From Tubiluchus corallicola (taxonomy: Eukaryota > Animalia > Priapulida): 64,000 bases of DNA. Below the pieces are notes generated by a model. That model worked only from the letters and a program-made list of their open reading frames with translations. It was not told the origin of the DNA and made no database searches. The stretch's first letter is position 1; each line of letters begins with the position of its first letter. The translations under genes and the position numbers were made by a program. Shown here one piece after another: positions 1 to 12,051 of the stretch. The stretch spans positions 1-64,000 of the forward strand of contig JAQGDQ010000376.1 in NCBI GenBank assembly GCA_030141605.1. The letters are read 5' to 3'.

Positions 1-477
1 GTGTTTTGTTCTTACAATTTGCGTCATAATTTAATAATTTTTATATATTGTTCTATTATATCTTGCATTAAATGTTTTAAGATTTCAAACTGATCTTTGC
101 ATTTGTTTTTTTCTGTTATTTATCATTTGGGAAAGGCTGGTGAACAACCGAAATATTATATATGTATAATGATTGCATTTTAATGGTGTTTTGTGATGCC
201 TTGATATTTTGATTTGCTATCTAAAAAAATTGTCAGGAAAATTTCGAACGTTGTGGAATGTTTGAGATTTCTGTTGATTGACCATTGCACTTTTCAGATT
301 TTTCTTTGCTTTTGTTTCAGTTGAAAAACAAAATTTTGTTGTTGTCTCTTAACCTATGTTTAAATTGTGCAAGAGCTTAGTAGGCTTAATCCCATTACTT
401 TATTATTAATTTACACTTTGTGTTACACATTTGTCATGTAGATTTAATGGTTTGTTTTACTGTGTAATAAATTTCAG

Positions 478-586
478 AAATTGGACGATGTCAGCACACA
501 TCATCATTAGACCTGCAACATAATGAACTCAGAGATATCCCTGATTCTTTAGGGAATCTTACATCTCTTTCTAGACTTGGCTTAAG
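478..586 (+). CDS. SHOC2: SHOC2/Sur-8 LRR scaffold, internal exon (earlier exons lie upstream of the window)
   Basis: tttcag acceptor, ag|gtgagt donor; translates (E)[35 protein letters not shown](R), matching human SHOC2 [37 protein letters not shown]. Confidence 0.93.
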
Positions 587-879
587 GTGAGTTAATTTTT
601 GCCTGTTCGCCTTTAAATATGAAAAGAATGGAAATAACTTATCAACTTTTATTAGTGCCTGGAAGTTACAAGAAGAATGTGAAATCATTAAAAATCAAAA
701 GGAAATAGCTGCGGAAAAAATAATGCATATGCAGATCTGATAAATGAGTTCATTGAAAATAATATAAACTGATTTTTATCTATAACGGATACACATAATG
801 TATCGTGTTCCTAATGTCTGGTAGACACCACTTATTTATTTGTAAGAGTTGAATATTACTTAATTTTTTATTATTATAG

Positions 880-973
880 ATACAACAGACTAAATGCTGT
901 TCCAAGCACTCTGAGCAACTGTGTCAACTTGGAAGAGTTTAACATAGAAGGAAACAATATTTCACAATTACCG
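880..973 (+). CDS. SHOC2: SHOC2 exon
   Basis: tatag acceptor, ccg|gtgagt donor; [31 protein letters not shown]; phase compatible with the previous exon. Confidence 0.93.
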
Positions 974-1617
974 GTGAGTTGCCTCTGTGTCAACAATTGG
1001 TAACTTGTTTAACAAAATGTTGTCGCAAAGGTGACCTAGTGTCAAGTTGTAGAAATTACCAATTGTTGATCAGGATTTATATTGCATTATAAATTTTTAA
1101 ATAACATTGTGTGTCAATGTATATTTCAAATGGCTCTCAGAATTAGATAAACAATGACCCATGAATATTTAAAAATTGGGTGTTATCTTTATTCTAATAA
1201 CTAATTTGAGCCATTCAATGATTATATGTACTTGCATACATTATATTTACACAAAGAAAATAAATTTACAGTTTGGAGTGGAGTGTACGGTTTGAATGCA
1301 GACTCAAATTTAAGGGCATTTAGTTACCAAAAATGCATTTTAAATAGCCAGAACCTTAAGAACTGAGACTAAACTTTTTGGGTAGTGATCTTGATAGTTC
1401 TATACTATATCATGTAGTATAAAGTGTAATGTTTGATAAAGGACTTAAGGTTAAGTCGTTTATATGATATTCTACATCAATGTGGAAAACTGGTTAGGTT
1501 ACTTTTTTGTGGCAAGCTTTGCAGAAGGGCAATATATAAACGTCATATTGGTTTTTATTGGTGACTTGTTTAATTTTACGGTACAGCTAACTAGAAGAAT
1601 TTCTTGTATATTTTCAG

Positions 1618-1722
1618 GAAGGTTTGCTGTCTAGTTTAACTAAATTATCGAGTTTGACCATATCTAGGAATGCATTTACAGCCTTTCCAATGGGAGGTCC
1701 AGCACAGTTCTGCTCTGTACAC
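1618..1722 (+). CDS. SHOC2: SHOC2 exon
   Basis: ttttcag / cac|gtatgt; EGLLSSLTKLSSLTISRNAFTAFPMGGPAQFCSVH, with the SHOC2-typical PxGGPxQF motif. Confidence 0.94.
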
Positions 1723-3797
1723 GTATGTAATATTTTTTCTGCTAAATGTAAATGTTTATTACAGCTATTGAAAAGGATTTTATAGTGTTTTCTCATTTTA
1801 TTTCATTATCTTACTTGTGGAATTAGCTGTAACCTGTTTATTATATTAAGGCAAGTTGCATACAAGAATAGCAATATTTATTCAGAAAAGCAATTAGTTT
1901 TCCTTCAGCATCTGTAAAATGAAATTATTTTCAAATAGGTAAATGTGAAATAAGAGATGAAGAATTTTTTTTAACCTAATACTCAAGTTTTGTAAATGCT
2001 TTAAGGTCAAGAAAATCGGTGAAGTAGGTTTCAGAAAAATCGACTTAAAAATTATATTAATTTATAGCAATCTTAAGCGTATATCATACTCACACTAAAA
2101 GAAATTCCCACTGTCTTTTATTTTAAATCTCCGGCAATACTGTTCCAACTGTGCCATTACGTCAAGCACCCACAACCTAAATCTTTAAACTACATGCACA
2201 CATTGCACAGTATTGTACACCCAGCAAATTGAAAGACTTCATGATTGAGTACTTGTTGTTGGCGGTGTGCACATTGTGGGAGATTGTACAGTACTTCCTG
2301 AAATTTCGCGAGTAACTTTTATCGATTTCTGATTGTCTAAAGTCATTTGGTTGGCGGGTTGAGTTGCAAATTATTGTTAAAGACTACCGATTCATCCAAT
2401 GGCGGCAAGGAAGTAGTAATAACATCTCGTCTGTGATTCACACAGTGACACAGGAACTTCATTTTCAATTTCAGCTTAAATGGGGGCTCTTGGAATGACA
2501 GCTGCTGTGAACTTGATTCAAGTAGCAGCGAAAGTCTTGACTGTAAAATTTTATGCATTCACATTTTATATTAACTTTTTGTTAGATTTGCACTGAAGAT
2601 TTAAAAAAATGTTATTTTAGGTTTCTTTATCACGTAGATTTTTTTAAAACCTATAGGCCTTTTACCCGAGGAAGCACTGCTTTAATTAGATATCGATGCA
2701 TTACTAACATGTATTTACTTTTTAGGGTTTCACATTTTTTCATAAAAAACCATTATACTTTGACTGAAATGTGTTCAACTTTCAGTCAATTATCATTTTC
2801 CTTTTACACTCCCTTGAGACCAAAGTTTTGGGTGATTTCATTGTCAACTTGTTTGTCAAAATTTTTTAATGAATTAACTCACCTGAAGACACTGTGAGTA
2901 ATTTTTATAAAAAGTAATTATTTTTTTATCAATTTACTACATACATGCAAGACTTTTGATTACAAAACAAAATGAGATCACATTAGCAAGGAGTAACAAT
3001 GATGTCCAGTTAAATTTAATGACAACTGACAAATAAAATAGCCTAATAATTTTGGTTGCCACTGGGCTTATTGCTGCTTGTGTCATCTAAACTAGATCCA
3101 ACAATATCAACAACTTTGCAAATTAACAGTTATTATTCGAGCATTTATATTACTCATGTTTGGTTAACAAGCACATGTGTAAATAAAATAGAAATGTGTG
3201 AACAAATGCGATACATATTGTATGGGTCTTTATTTTACAAACAATAAACAATATAAGAGATGTATGGATTTTTGGCTGTAATAATTTTTGAGCTTAAGTG
3301 ATCACTGATAGGCTCTGGTACCAGAAACCAAAAATTCTGTTACTTGTAGACACATCTAAATAAATGTAGGACCTAAAAGTGTCTTTAGTCTCTTACGTCT
3401 ATAGTAAGAGTCAACTGTTTAGTTGCTTCACTCAAGTTCACTGTACCTTGTATTTCACACGATGTGAACAGAATCTTAAACGATTTAGGCATAACAAAAA
3501 CTTCCTTTGCAGGTATGTACTTCTTTATGACACAATAAGTTTTGCCTGTGTTTTGCCACCTAAAAAATTAACATTACCAATGTTTGTAAACAAAAGCCCA
3601 GGTGAGGGTATGTTGTCATGTCATGTGACCAGTCACGTGCTGGCTTTTCAATTGACGGACTAAATGATACATCTCTACGCCAACATTCACCGCAGCAGTT
3701 TAAACATTTTACAAAAATTGGAGTAAATGCTTTTATAATATAATATACATTACTTTGGTGTATAAAGTGTTCTCTTTGAACGTGATAATTTTTATAG

Positions 3798-3912
3798 ACA
3801 ATAAATATGGAGCATAATCAAATCAAGAAAGTTCCGTTTGGAATATTTTCACGAGCGAAATACCTGACAAAGTTAAACATGAAGGATAACCAACTTACAT
3901 CTTTGCCTCTAG
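3798..3912 (+). CDS. SHOC2: SHOC2 exon
   Basis: tttatag / g|gtaaga; [38 protein letters not shown], nearly identical to human SHOC2. Confidence 0.96.
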
Positions 3913-4477
3913 GTAAGAGATTTTCTGTTTGTTTAATAATGGCATATGATTAGAGCTTTTTGCTCTCTTTTTTCTGCCACTCTGGTAGGGAAAATAAACT
4001 CTTAACGAGGTGATAGTTAGTCTCATTTGTGTAAAATGATGGCTAGATAGCCAAGGAAATAGCTACAAAAATTTCTTATGCACATGCATATCTACATGGT
4101 GTATATTTGCAGAGACTAGCAGACCCTGCAATCCGCAAAAAAACATTTGCTTAGTCGGGTTTTATAATGTCAAAGGACTAATACAGGTCTACTTACAATT
4201 GAACAATAATGTGTAAGAGTAGCTTGTTTATGTAGGAAACAAGCTATGCTGGAACTCAGCACTAGGTTGAGATCCAATTTAGGCATTCTACATTTTCTGA
4301 ATGGGAAATTAAGGTCTTAAGTAATGGCAAAAGATGTTTTTGGGTGACTGCAAATTTTCTGAAAACATGTGGGTACTGTTCAAGAGTGGATCCTATACTA
4401 GTTGCTGGGCTCTAGTACTAGACTAGACTAGTAATAGACTTAGACTAATTTTCAAAAAAAGTGGAACCCTGGAAATG

Positions 4478-4775
4478 CACAGCACAGCCAGTCTTATCAA
4501 TTTGACTATGCTGAATAAAAAAACTGTTGTTAAATTGAAAAATTAGTGGAATAGACTGTAAATGGAAAAACAAAATGGCCGCCAAGTTTTTTACTCAAAC
4601 AATATAAATAAAAAAAATTCCCAGAGGCAAAAGCATTAGCATTAAGTTTCTCCGAAAACTTGTTGGCCATTTATTTTTTTTTGTGTTTTATAATTGTTTT
4701 CTGCTAGTTTTTCGAGCTAGCAACAATTTTTTCACATTCAGCATAGTAAAATTTATAAGACTGTCTATGTTGCCC
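4478..4775. mobile_element. Degenerate foldback MITE
   Basis: cagtcttatcaatttgactatgctgaat...aaaatggccgccaagtttt is mirrored by aaaacttgttggccattt...attcagcatagtaaaatttataagactg; true ends may extend to about 4435 and 4824. Confidence 0.75.
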
Positions 4776-4988
4776 ACTTTTACAGAACAGTCCCTGGAAA
4801 CTTTATATATTTTCTTCTAGTCTAATACGGCCTCATTCTCTATGTTACAAAGTGGTAACTTGCAAAAAACAGCGGAAAAGATAGGACATCCATAAACTTT
4901 TTTACTTCTTTAATAATAAATAGGAAACTAATGTACATAGTTTGCCTAATTTATGTACATGTATATAAAATGACCTTAATGTTTTTAG

Positions 4989-5113
4989 ATACAGGAACAT
5001 GGACTAATATGGTAGAAATGAATCTGGGTACAAATCAACTCACAAAGATTCCAGATGATATTTCTAATTTGTACAATCTAGAGGTTCTTATTCTGTCTAA
5101 CAACTTACTCAGG
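4989..5113 (+). CDS. SHOC2: SHOC2 exon
   Basis: tttttag / agg|gtaggt; (D)[41 protein letters not shown]. Confidence 0.96.
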
Positions 5114-5279
5114 GTAGGTAACTAGTCCTGTGAGTAAGATTAAGCCATTTAAACTTCTTTTGCACTTTAAGCGGAATAGTTTCTTCTTGTGTAATGTTTC
5201 GTTAATCGGTCTGTCATTAAGAATAATTTTTCTGTTATTCAAATGTAATAATTTACATTTTCATTAAATATTAACTTTT

Positions 5280-6400
5280 TAATTCATGTTAACTTGCAAA
5301 TGCAGAGGGCAGGAGTCAGCGAAACCTGCATGTAAGGATCGGTCACCCATTCAACTTCTCCTAGGGCTTGACTTAAGTTCAGTTCTTTTTTCATAAGCAT
5401 TTAGGCATTGAGGGGTTTATATGTACTTGAGCTTTTAAAAAGCTAGATTTTTTAGGAGGCAAAACGTTGTATAGCTCCTAAAGCTAGAGTCATGAAAGTT
5501 GCAAGGTGAACACCTGGCCTCAGGCAGTGGTACAGTTAAAAATGTTGGAATAGTTTAAGGGCTTGAGGCAGGAGCCAAAATATAAAAATTAGGGCGTCCA
5601 GTTTCAATTAATGTTATTTTGTAAATAAAATAATTTGTAGGTAGTTGTCACGAAATTTGTAGGTGGACAGCTAGTGTAGGGGTCTTGAAAAATGGTGTGA
5701 ACAGTGAGTATTGATCTGTCAGTTTTTCAATTGTCATTCACCTCTGCCTAATACTTTGAGTTGAATTCAAATTTTTTTTGTGTCTTAGGTTTTATGGGGT
5801 GGATGTGTAAGTGGGCTTTTTAAAAAGCTGGGATTCTTTAAGGCTCAGATAAGAGCTAAAATGCATAACACTGAGTAAGTCTAAAACTATAGTAGTTAGA
5901 TTTATGAAGCTACTACAGGATAAGCACTCTATGTAGGGGCTCTGACAACCGCAAGGTTAGAATGCATGAAATTGTTTTGGGACCTGAGAGAAGAGTCATA
6001 ATGTGAAAATTAGGGCATTGAGTTTCAGTTCATGTTAACTCACAAATTGAGAGGATTACAGACTTATAGTCACAAAATTTGCAACGTAATACCTTGTGTA
6101 ATCACATTAAAGACAGTGACCGTCAGTTAGAGTCAGGGACACTATATAGGTTTCAGTCAAATGGGTCAAGGAATAGTCAAGTGATAAATGCAATGAAGCT
6201 TGCAGATTTCATTGTATAACATTGAATAACTGTAAAACTATAGTAACTAGAGTCACGTGACTGCAGGATGGGCATCTGGGGTAGGGCACGGACAATGGTG
6301 TAAACAAAAAAACTTAAGGCTATTCAATGGTGTAGACAAAAAAAATTAGGATTGTTTAAAGGTCCAAGACAGGAGCCAACCTGTGACACCCGAGCAACTC
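5280..6400. repeat. Degenerate long-period (about 330-420 bp) tandem repeat, possibly Helentron-like
   Basis: Recurring blocks ttcatgttaact, gcttttaaaaagct, aaaattagggc, aaaactatagta, caggagccaa. Confidence 0.5.
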
Positions 6401-6861
6401 GAATTCCAAGAGAACTTAATGTTAGTCATCCAGCCCAGAGACGACATCAAGTTTTTAAGGCTTGTTAAGCATCTAATTGCACGTGAATAAGCTGCATTGG
6501 GACAAACATAATCCAGCAGTAATTAGTCATGAAACACCTTTCACATTGGCTAGTCACACATCAGCATAATATTGTACAAGTATTAACACAAGTTAACCAC
6601 ATTCGACTGTGTATAAACATGATCATGGTGTTATGGTTGCAGGTTTGGATCTGAATTCAATTGGTCTTGTTATAGTATGTACATGTACAAAGTAATGCAA
6701 TAATGCAAAGCATAAACTGTATTATTTAATTAGTGAAGCTGCCAGTGTTGCATCAGCTGTATTTAGGGTGTACGGTGAGGGATGAGCAAACAGTTGTCTA
6801 TTACGAAACATTGATATGCTTGCATGCTGCTGAATTTATTGAAAATTTTTTATTTTTTCAG

Positions 6862-6949
6862 AGACTGCCAAGCAGTATTGGAAATTTGAAAAAGCTTCGT
6901 GTATTAGATTTGGAGGAAAATAAACTTGAGAGTTTGCCGAATGAAGTTG
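6862..6949 (+). CDS. SHOC2: SHOC2 exon
   Basis: ttttcag / g|gtgggt; [29 protein letters not shown]. Confidence 0.95.
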
Positions 6950-7080
6950 GTGGGTTGTCATTGCTATTTGTTTATGCCGTATTAATTAATTAATTAATTA
7001 GTTCAGATTGTGACTGTTTTATATAATTATCTTATATCATTGACTAGCTAGCAAATTAAATTAACTTGACAAACAGTCTA

Positions 7081-7362
7081 CAATTTCAATAATGCTTTAA
7101 ATAATACTAAGACCATGATGGTAAAATTTCAGCATTTATTTTACAGTGCACATGTATATGCAGTTACACAGTAACTAAATTGAAAGACATAAGACTTTTC
7201 AGCAGAGCTCTTCAGTGTCTACTTCTGCAATTACATCAAAATATTAGGTAATAGCACAATATTAGAATTGTTGCTTATACTGCATATACCTGTGCACTGT
7301 GAAATAAATGCTGAAACTTTACAATCATGATCTTAGTATTTATTAAAGCATTATTGAAACTC
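7081..7362. mobile_element. MITE with about 80-bp terminal inverted repeats and TA flanks
   Basis: tttcaataatgcttt...gtgcacatgtatatgcagt is mirrored by actgcatatacctgtgcac...aaagcattattgaaa; TA on both sides. Confidence 0.85.
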
Positions 7363-7428
7363 TATGCCGCCAAGAACCTGTTTAATTATTCTACAATTTA
7401 TGAGATTTGTGTTTTTGTGTGATTGCAG

Positions 7429-7498
7429 GATTTCTGCGTGAATTGACAAAGTTAGTAGTACAGAGTAATCAGCTTTCTAGCTTACCAAGAGCAATAGG
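7429..7498 (+). CDS. SHOC2: SHOC2 exon
   Basis: ttgcag / gg|gtgagt; (G)FLRELTKLVVQSNQLSSLPRAI(G). Confidence 0.93.
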
Positions 7499-7968
7499 GT
7501 GAGTATACATGCTATCTAATCTCCTACCTTACTTAGCGCAGTAAACCAAATAAGTCAAATAGATTGATTAAGAGGCATATTAGCGCCTGATAACCATAAG
7601 CACACGAATTAATAAACCTTGTAACCAGATCTAATAAAGGTGAATACATGGAGGGGTTACCAAGAAAGTTAGCTTATCAATTAGGATTTTTTGCTTTTCT
7701 GTAAGTGTGAATTTTAGTGCTTGTTGAATCTACTTGATGAACATGTAATTTTAATTTTTAGTCGACAAGGACTCTACATATTTGTACATCCCAGATAGTT
7801 GTAGTGCTTTGACTTCGTATCAGGAAGTATATGCATAATGTTAAAAGCATGCAAATTGTGCTGATATTTGATAAAACATTGATATCTAATATTTGTAGTT
7901 ACCTATGCAGATTTTTATATGAAAGATAAAGTTCTTAGAAGAGTATTGAAAAATTATTGTTTTTTTAG

Positions 7969-8036
7969 ACATTTGTGTAATCTAACGTACCTGGGGGCTG
8001 GTGAGAACAACTTGTCATACCTGCCTGAGGAAATAG
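7969..8036 (+). CDS. SHOC2: SHOC2 exon
   Basis: ttttag / g|gtaaag; HLCNLTYLGAGENNLSYLPEEI. Confidence 0.93.
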
Positions 8037-8633
8037 GTAAAGCAATTAATAATAAAGTACTTATTAGTAAAATAGGAAATGCGTAAAAGTCTGGGCGCGA
8101 ACACTTCTAGAAGTAGTGCCTTTTTTTAAGTAATATCCTTAACATCATTAGTATTAGAGTGTATGCAAAGTACAGTTATTACTCAGAACAGTTATAAACT
8201 ATGTCTGGCAGACTTGAAGATCATGTAGTAGTTAGCAGTTTGAAGAATAGATTAACTATTTTTAACACCAAACTAAAATGTCTATAAACTTAGCTAGCAT
8301 AGTGCTGGAAATTGACTGAGCATTCAGTGAGATATGCTGATATGATCTCAAAGTATTTTTGGCTTTGACTTCAGAGTCGGCTAACTTTCACTGATATACA
8401 TACTACATATATGTAAATGTGTAAATTAAACTGTGAGCAGATCCTCGCTTACACAGGGATGAATTACTTGGGAAAAATTCATATAGAATAATTTATTAAA
8501 CGTCCCGTAATAAGAAAAAAATCAAAAAGTCTCTGACTTTTTAATGTAAAACTACTCTACGATGTTAAGTGAAAAATTGACCATTTGTGAATCGTCATAG
8601 TGGGATTTTTGTGTTAACGAAATATGGTTTTAG

Positions 8634-8803
8634 GCACATTGGAGAATCTAGAATCATTGTATATAAATGACAACATGAATCTTCATAATCTTCCATTTGA
8701 ACTGGCTCTCTGCTCCAAGCTACAAATCATGAGTATTGAAAATTGTCCGCTTACACAAATACCTGCTGAAATAGTAGCTGGTGGACCTTCACTTGTCATA
8801 CAG
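8634..8803 (+). CDS. SHOC2: SHOC2 exon
   Basis: ttttag / cag|gtgagt; (G)[56 protein letters not shown]. Confidence 0.97.
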
Positions 8804-9552
8804 GTGAGTGGCTTTATAACAAATTGAGCAGATTTCTTGTACTTTCGCATTGACTAAGTCACTTGTACTTTTAATTTGATATTAAAATGAGATGTTAGGT
8901 GCTGACACCTTTTGACATAAAATTGGCTCAATTCTAAATAAAACTACGAAACTGCAGCTATAAACCCTTGATACTATTAATTTTTATTTAAAGCATAATC
9001 TGTCATTTCGTAATTTTAATACACATTCTGATATTAGGCAGACAAAATTTGGATGGCCGTGACCTATTTACGAGTTTTGGTTGTTTGTTGTGCATTATTT
9101 GTGTTCATGATATTTTTTAGCAAATTTCCAATAATGATACCTACTATTGTAACGATTGTTCGAGCATTGCCAAGGATCATGCATTTCTTATTATAATTTA
9201 TCGCACATTGTGGCATTTACTAATTAACGTAATTGCTTTTTATAGTGAGTACAGGTATAGCATTTCCAATAATTACATTATTAGAGCTGTGCAGGTTTCA
9301 TTATTATTGCACTGCTTTAGCTTTGATTTTACATGATTCTATCATATTATCATTTATTTGGTAAAACAAAACCATTTATTTGAGAGATTGCAGCTTCACA
9401 TCCATATAATGTGATATGCGCCATCTGTTTTGAGTGATTTGTCAAGTCAAAAGCTGAACAATTTGACAACAAGTTTTATATTATGCAAGTGATGTTATTG
9501 TTTTCCAAATTAATTATTTAAATCACATTCCGTATTGTCTGCTTTTTTTCAG

Positions 9553-9588
9553 TATCTAAAGATGCAAGGACCGTATAGGTCTATGTGA
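9553..9588 (+). CDS. SHOC2: SHOC2 terminal coding exon
   Basis: tttttcag acceptor; YLKMQGPYRSM-TGA, compared with human FLKMQGPYRAMV-stop. Confidence 0.95.
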   Translation, partial: YLKMQGPYRSM

Positions 9589-10029
9589 AGAACTCCAGGT
9601 ACGGGTAAATGCATAAAATTCAATACTAGAGTGCACTGCTTTCATGGATGCCTAATTACATTTAATATTACCTGTAGTTCAAGCTTCAGTAGTCATCTAT
9701 GGGTGCTTCGTATCTAGTGCTGCTGCAGCGAGAGTAATTATACCTGCACGTATACTGTGCAATGTTAAGTATGTGTGTGTATAATCAATATTTTTATGAT
9801 TTTGTTTAAAATGCCAGCATGTTACTTTTGTTTACTTCAACAGTAACTGATTATAAAATGTGTAAATAGGTAGCATGACAAACTTTTATTGTAAGTATTG
9901 TAAATCAATCATGTTGTTTTAATCGACTTTTATATCAAAGTGTCTATTTTATTCATTTTGTCTGTGATTGTCTATTTAATGAAACTAGAACCATTATACA
10001 TCAATTTGTTATTAATCGTGTAATGTTGT

Positions 10030-10100
10030 ACATTATAATATAAATTTAGAAACATTTTCGATTGTTTTTATGTTGTTTGTTGATTTTGCTTGTCTTTTTT
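10030..10100 (+). terminator. Probable SHOC2 cleavage/polyadenylation region
   Basis: Variant signal AATATA(AA) near 10037, followed about 25 nt later by a long T/GT-rich tract; inferred only. Confidence 0.35.
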
Positions 10101-10194
10101 CATCTTGCAATTGATTAAAATTTGAGGGACCTGAAATGTACAGTTGAAATGACTTTGTGCATTTTCAAAAGTACTGATGCCTTTATTTTGTTAG

Positions 10195-10385
10195 GAGGCA
10201 AGATACCATTTATAAGAAGTGACACTGGAGGCACTTTGTTTCAAGACTCAGTGATTCCATTTGTAAAAAAAACTTTTTATACAGCTGAAGATAGGGACTT
10301 CTATTGCCACTACCTAGATCGGTGGCCTGGTATGGAGCCAGATGGTGGCATTGAGCCTGTCAGTCCTTTTCAGAGTGTTGAATGA
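10195..10385 (+). CDS. Orphan coding-like terminal exon of unknown product
   Basis: Branch-like CTGAT, polypyrimidine tract and TTAG acceptor at 10194; open frame GKIPFIRSDTGGTLFQDSVIPFVKKTFYTAEDRDFYCHYLDRWPGMEPDGGIEPVSPFQSVE-TGA; visibly more GC-rich than the flanks. Confidence 0.5.
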
Positions 10386-11211
10386 TGGAATACTTAGTAC
10401 TTATATGTGCACAGTTACATGCGTCTGACAGATTTGCAAGCTTATCACAAAAAGTTCTGAGAAAATTTCTCAGTGACTTATAATTGTGCCTTTGTGTTGT
10501 TTGGATAAAGACCCTGCTTATCTAGTTACTTGTCTTGTTATTTTTTGTGCAAGGACACCATTGGGCCCGTGTTTTTTATTTTATGGATACGCTTGGTTAT
10601 GATATGTGACTGGAATGATTACGTGTCAGGTGAAACTAATAACTGCCAGTTAAATCTTAATTGCTGATTATTTAAGAATGTGTCAACGCTAAGTTTTTTA
10701 TAAATTACTTTGTGTAGGAAGGTTTCAAAACTGATGCACAAATTAGGCAAGCTCTAGTTCATAACTGCAAAACAATTATAGTACTAGTATGACTTTTGCA
10801 AACCTTCATAAACCTAAACCCAGCAATCTAGAAATAAATTTTAATATAGGTACTAGCTGGTATAACTTTTGCGAATCTGTCCAGACCTAATCCCAGCTAT
10901 CTAGAATTAATTTTAATATAGATACTAGTCCAGTCAAGAAGCAGCTATTTGAGCACAGACATTTAGCCAAAGTTTATTCCTATGTGCGGTTTTTTTATCT
11001 GTTATTTGCCGAGTATAATACGATAGTGATTCTCTGTTAAGTACTATAAATAAGTAGTAGTCTGTGGGATGAGGTTCTCTGATTTAGATGCGTCCTAGCA
11101 ATCTCTCCACACACAAGCGCTTCATCTAAATATGTGGCGGTGATGATAGATATATTAACTATTAAGACAGAGCAGATCGAGTTTGTGGTCGTTTATGAAA
11201 AAAAAACAATA

Positions 11212-11232
11212 ATGTTGGCGGTGCGTTCGACT
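11212..11232 (+). CDS. UQCC1: Probable UQCC1 first coding exon (start of mitochondrial presequence)
   Basis: A-rich context aaacaataATG; MLAVRST then act|gtaagg donor (an alternative phase-0 donor at 11259 gives MLAVRSTVRKFLSVLL); local CpG enrichment. Confidence 0.45.
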
Positions 11233-11304
11233 GTAAGGAAATTCTTGAGTGTGTTATTGGTGAATCTGATATGGTGCTGTCGTTCGCATGGTTCTGGTAC
11301 TGAA

Positions 11305-11670
11305 TTACTAGAAATTAAATGGCCTGACAGAATATCCTACGGTGATCTGTGTGATGATGTGAAAAAGAACCATTGGAACAAACAGTTCCAAGTAAGAATT
11401 GTACTGGGTAAGTACTGCATTGGATTGGGCATGTACTAATCCAATGCTAGTCCTAAAACTAACTCAGGAATTTCATCCACCTGTGCTATGGCATTACGTA
11501 AACCAAAGCTCTTAAAACGACAAAAAAAGCCGAGCGGTGGTCGCCTTCTAACGTATATACTGTAAAAAGACTTAGCAAATACAGCCCTAGATTTGAGGGA
11601 TGATGAGTCACAGCAGGTAGTGGCGAACAGGAGTGCCTGGCATCAGCAGGTGGACCGTGCCATGTTTTAG
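11305..11670 (+). mobile_element. RTE-like LINE 3' remnant
   Basis: Frameshifted peptides LLEIKWPDRIS, LHWIGHVL, KDLANT...VANRSAWHQQVDRAMF-stop, typical of the RTE-type ORF2 C-terminus (WxDxISN, WxGHVxR, DRxxWR). Confidence 0.65.
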
Positions 11671-11994
11671 AACGTAACTATAACCACGCAAACTAAGAAG
11701 ACGGATTGATACTAGGTAACCAGAACTGAAGAATTACAAGAAGATAATCATTATTAGTAGTGACTGCCACAGCATCCAGGTGTTCGAGAACTATTAACAT
11801 CATCAAGCAAATTTAAAACACCTAGATGATCAATTTTTTTCCTTTGTGGCAAGCGTGGAGGTGTATAAAGTGAGTGCTCTATAAAGTGAGTGCAAATGTG
11901 ATGTGAAACATGTAGAAAACTGTTACATATATTTGCTAATGAAGTAACTGTGACAACTATGTGGCTTACCAAAATGCCAGCAGTTGCCTTTCAG

Positions 11995-12051
11995 GCAAAC
12001 ATGTGTGTTTCTGGACGACGAACAAGCATTTTCACAAAGACAAAGAGAATG
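11995..12051 (+). CDS. UQCC1: Probable UQCC1 exon 2 (presequence)
   Basis: ctttcag / atg|gtatgt; ANMCVSGRRTSIFTKTKRM is basic and lacks acidic residues; phase 0 on both sides; an in-frame ATG at 11959 is an alternative start. Confidence 0.5.

Noticed and set aside
2001-2685. Kolobok-like element with TTAA flanks (similar ends at about 3294-3703 and 28765-28780)
   Set aside because: Terminal inverted repeats match too poorly to define boundaries
10383-10680. SECIS element that would make the SHOC2 UGA a selenocysteine codon
   Set aside because: ATGA motifs at about 10382 and 10615 lack a convincing helix II / AA loop / GA quartet by eye; a SECISearch run would settle it
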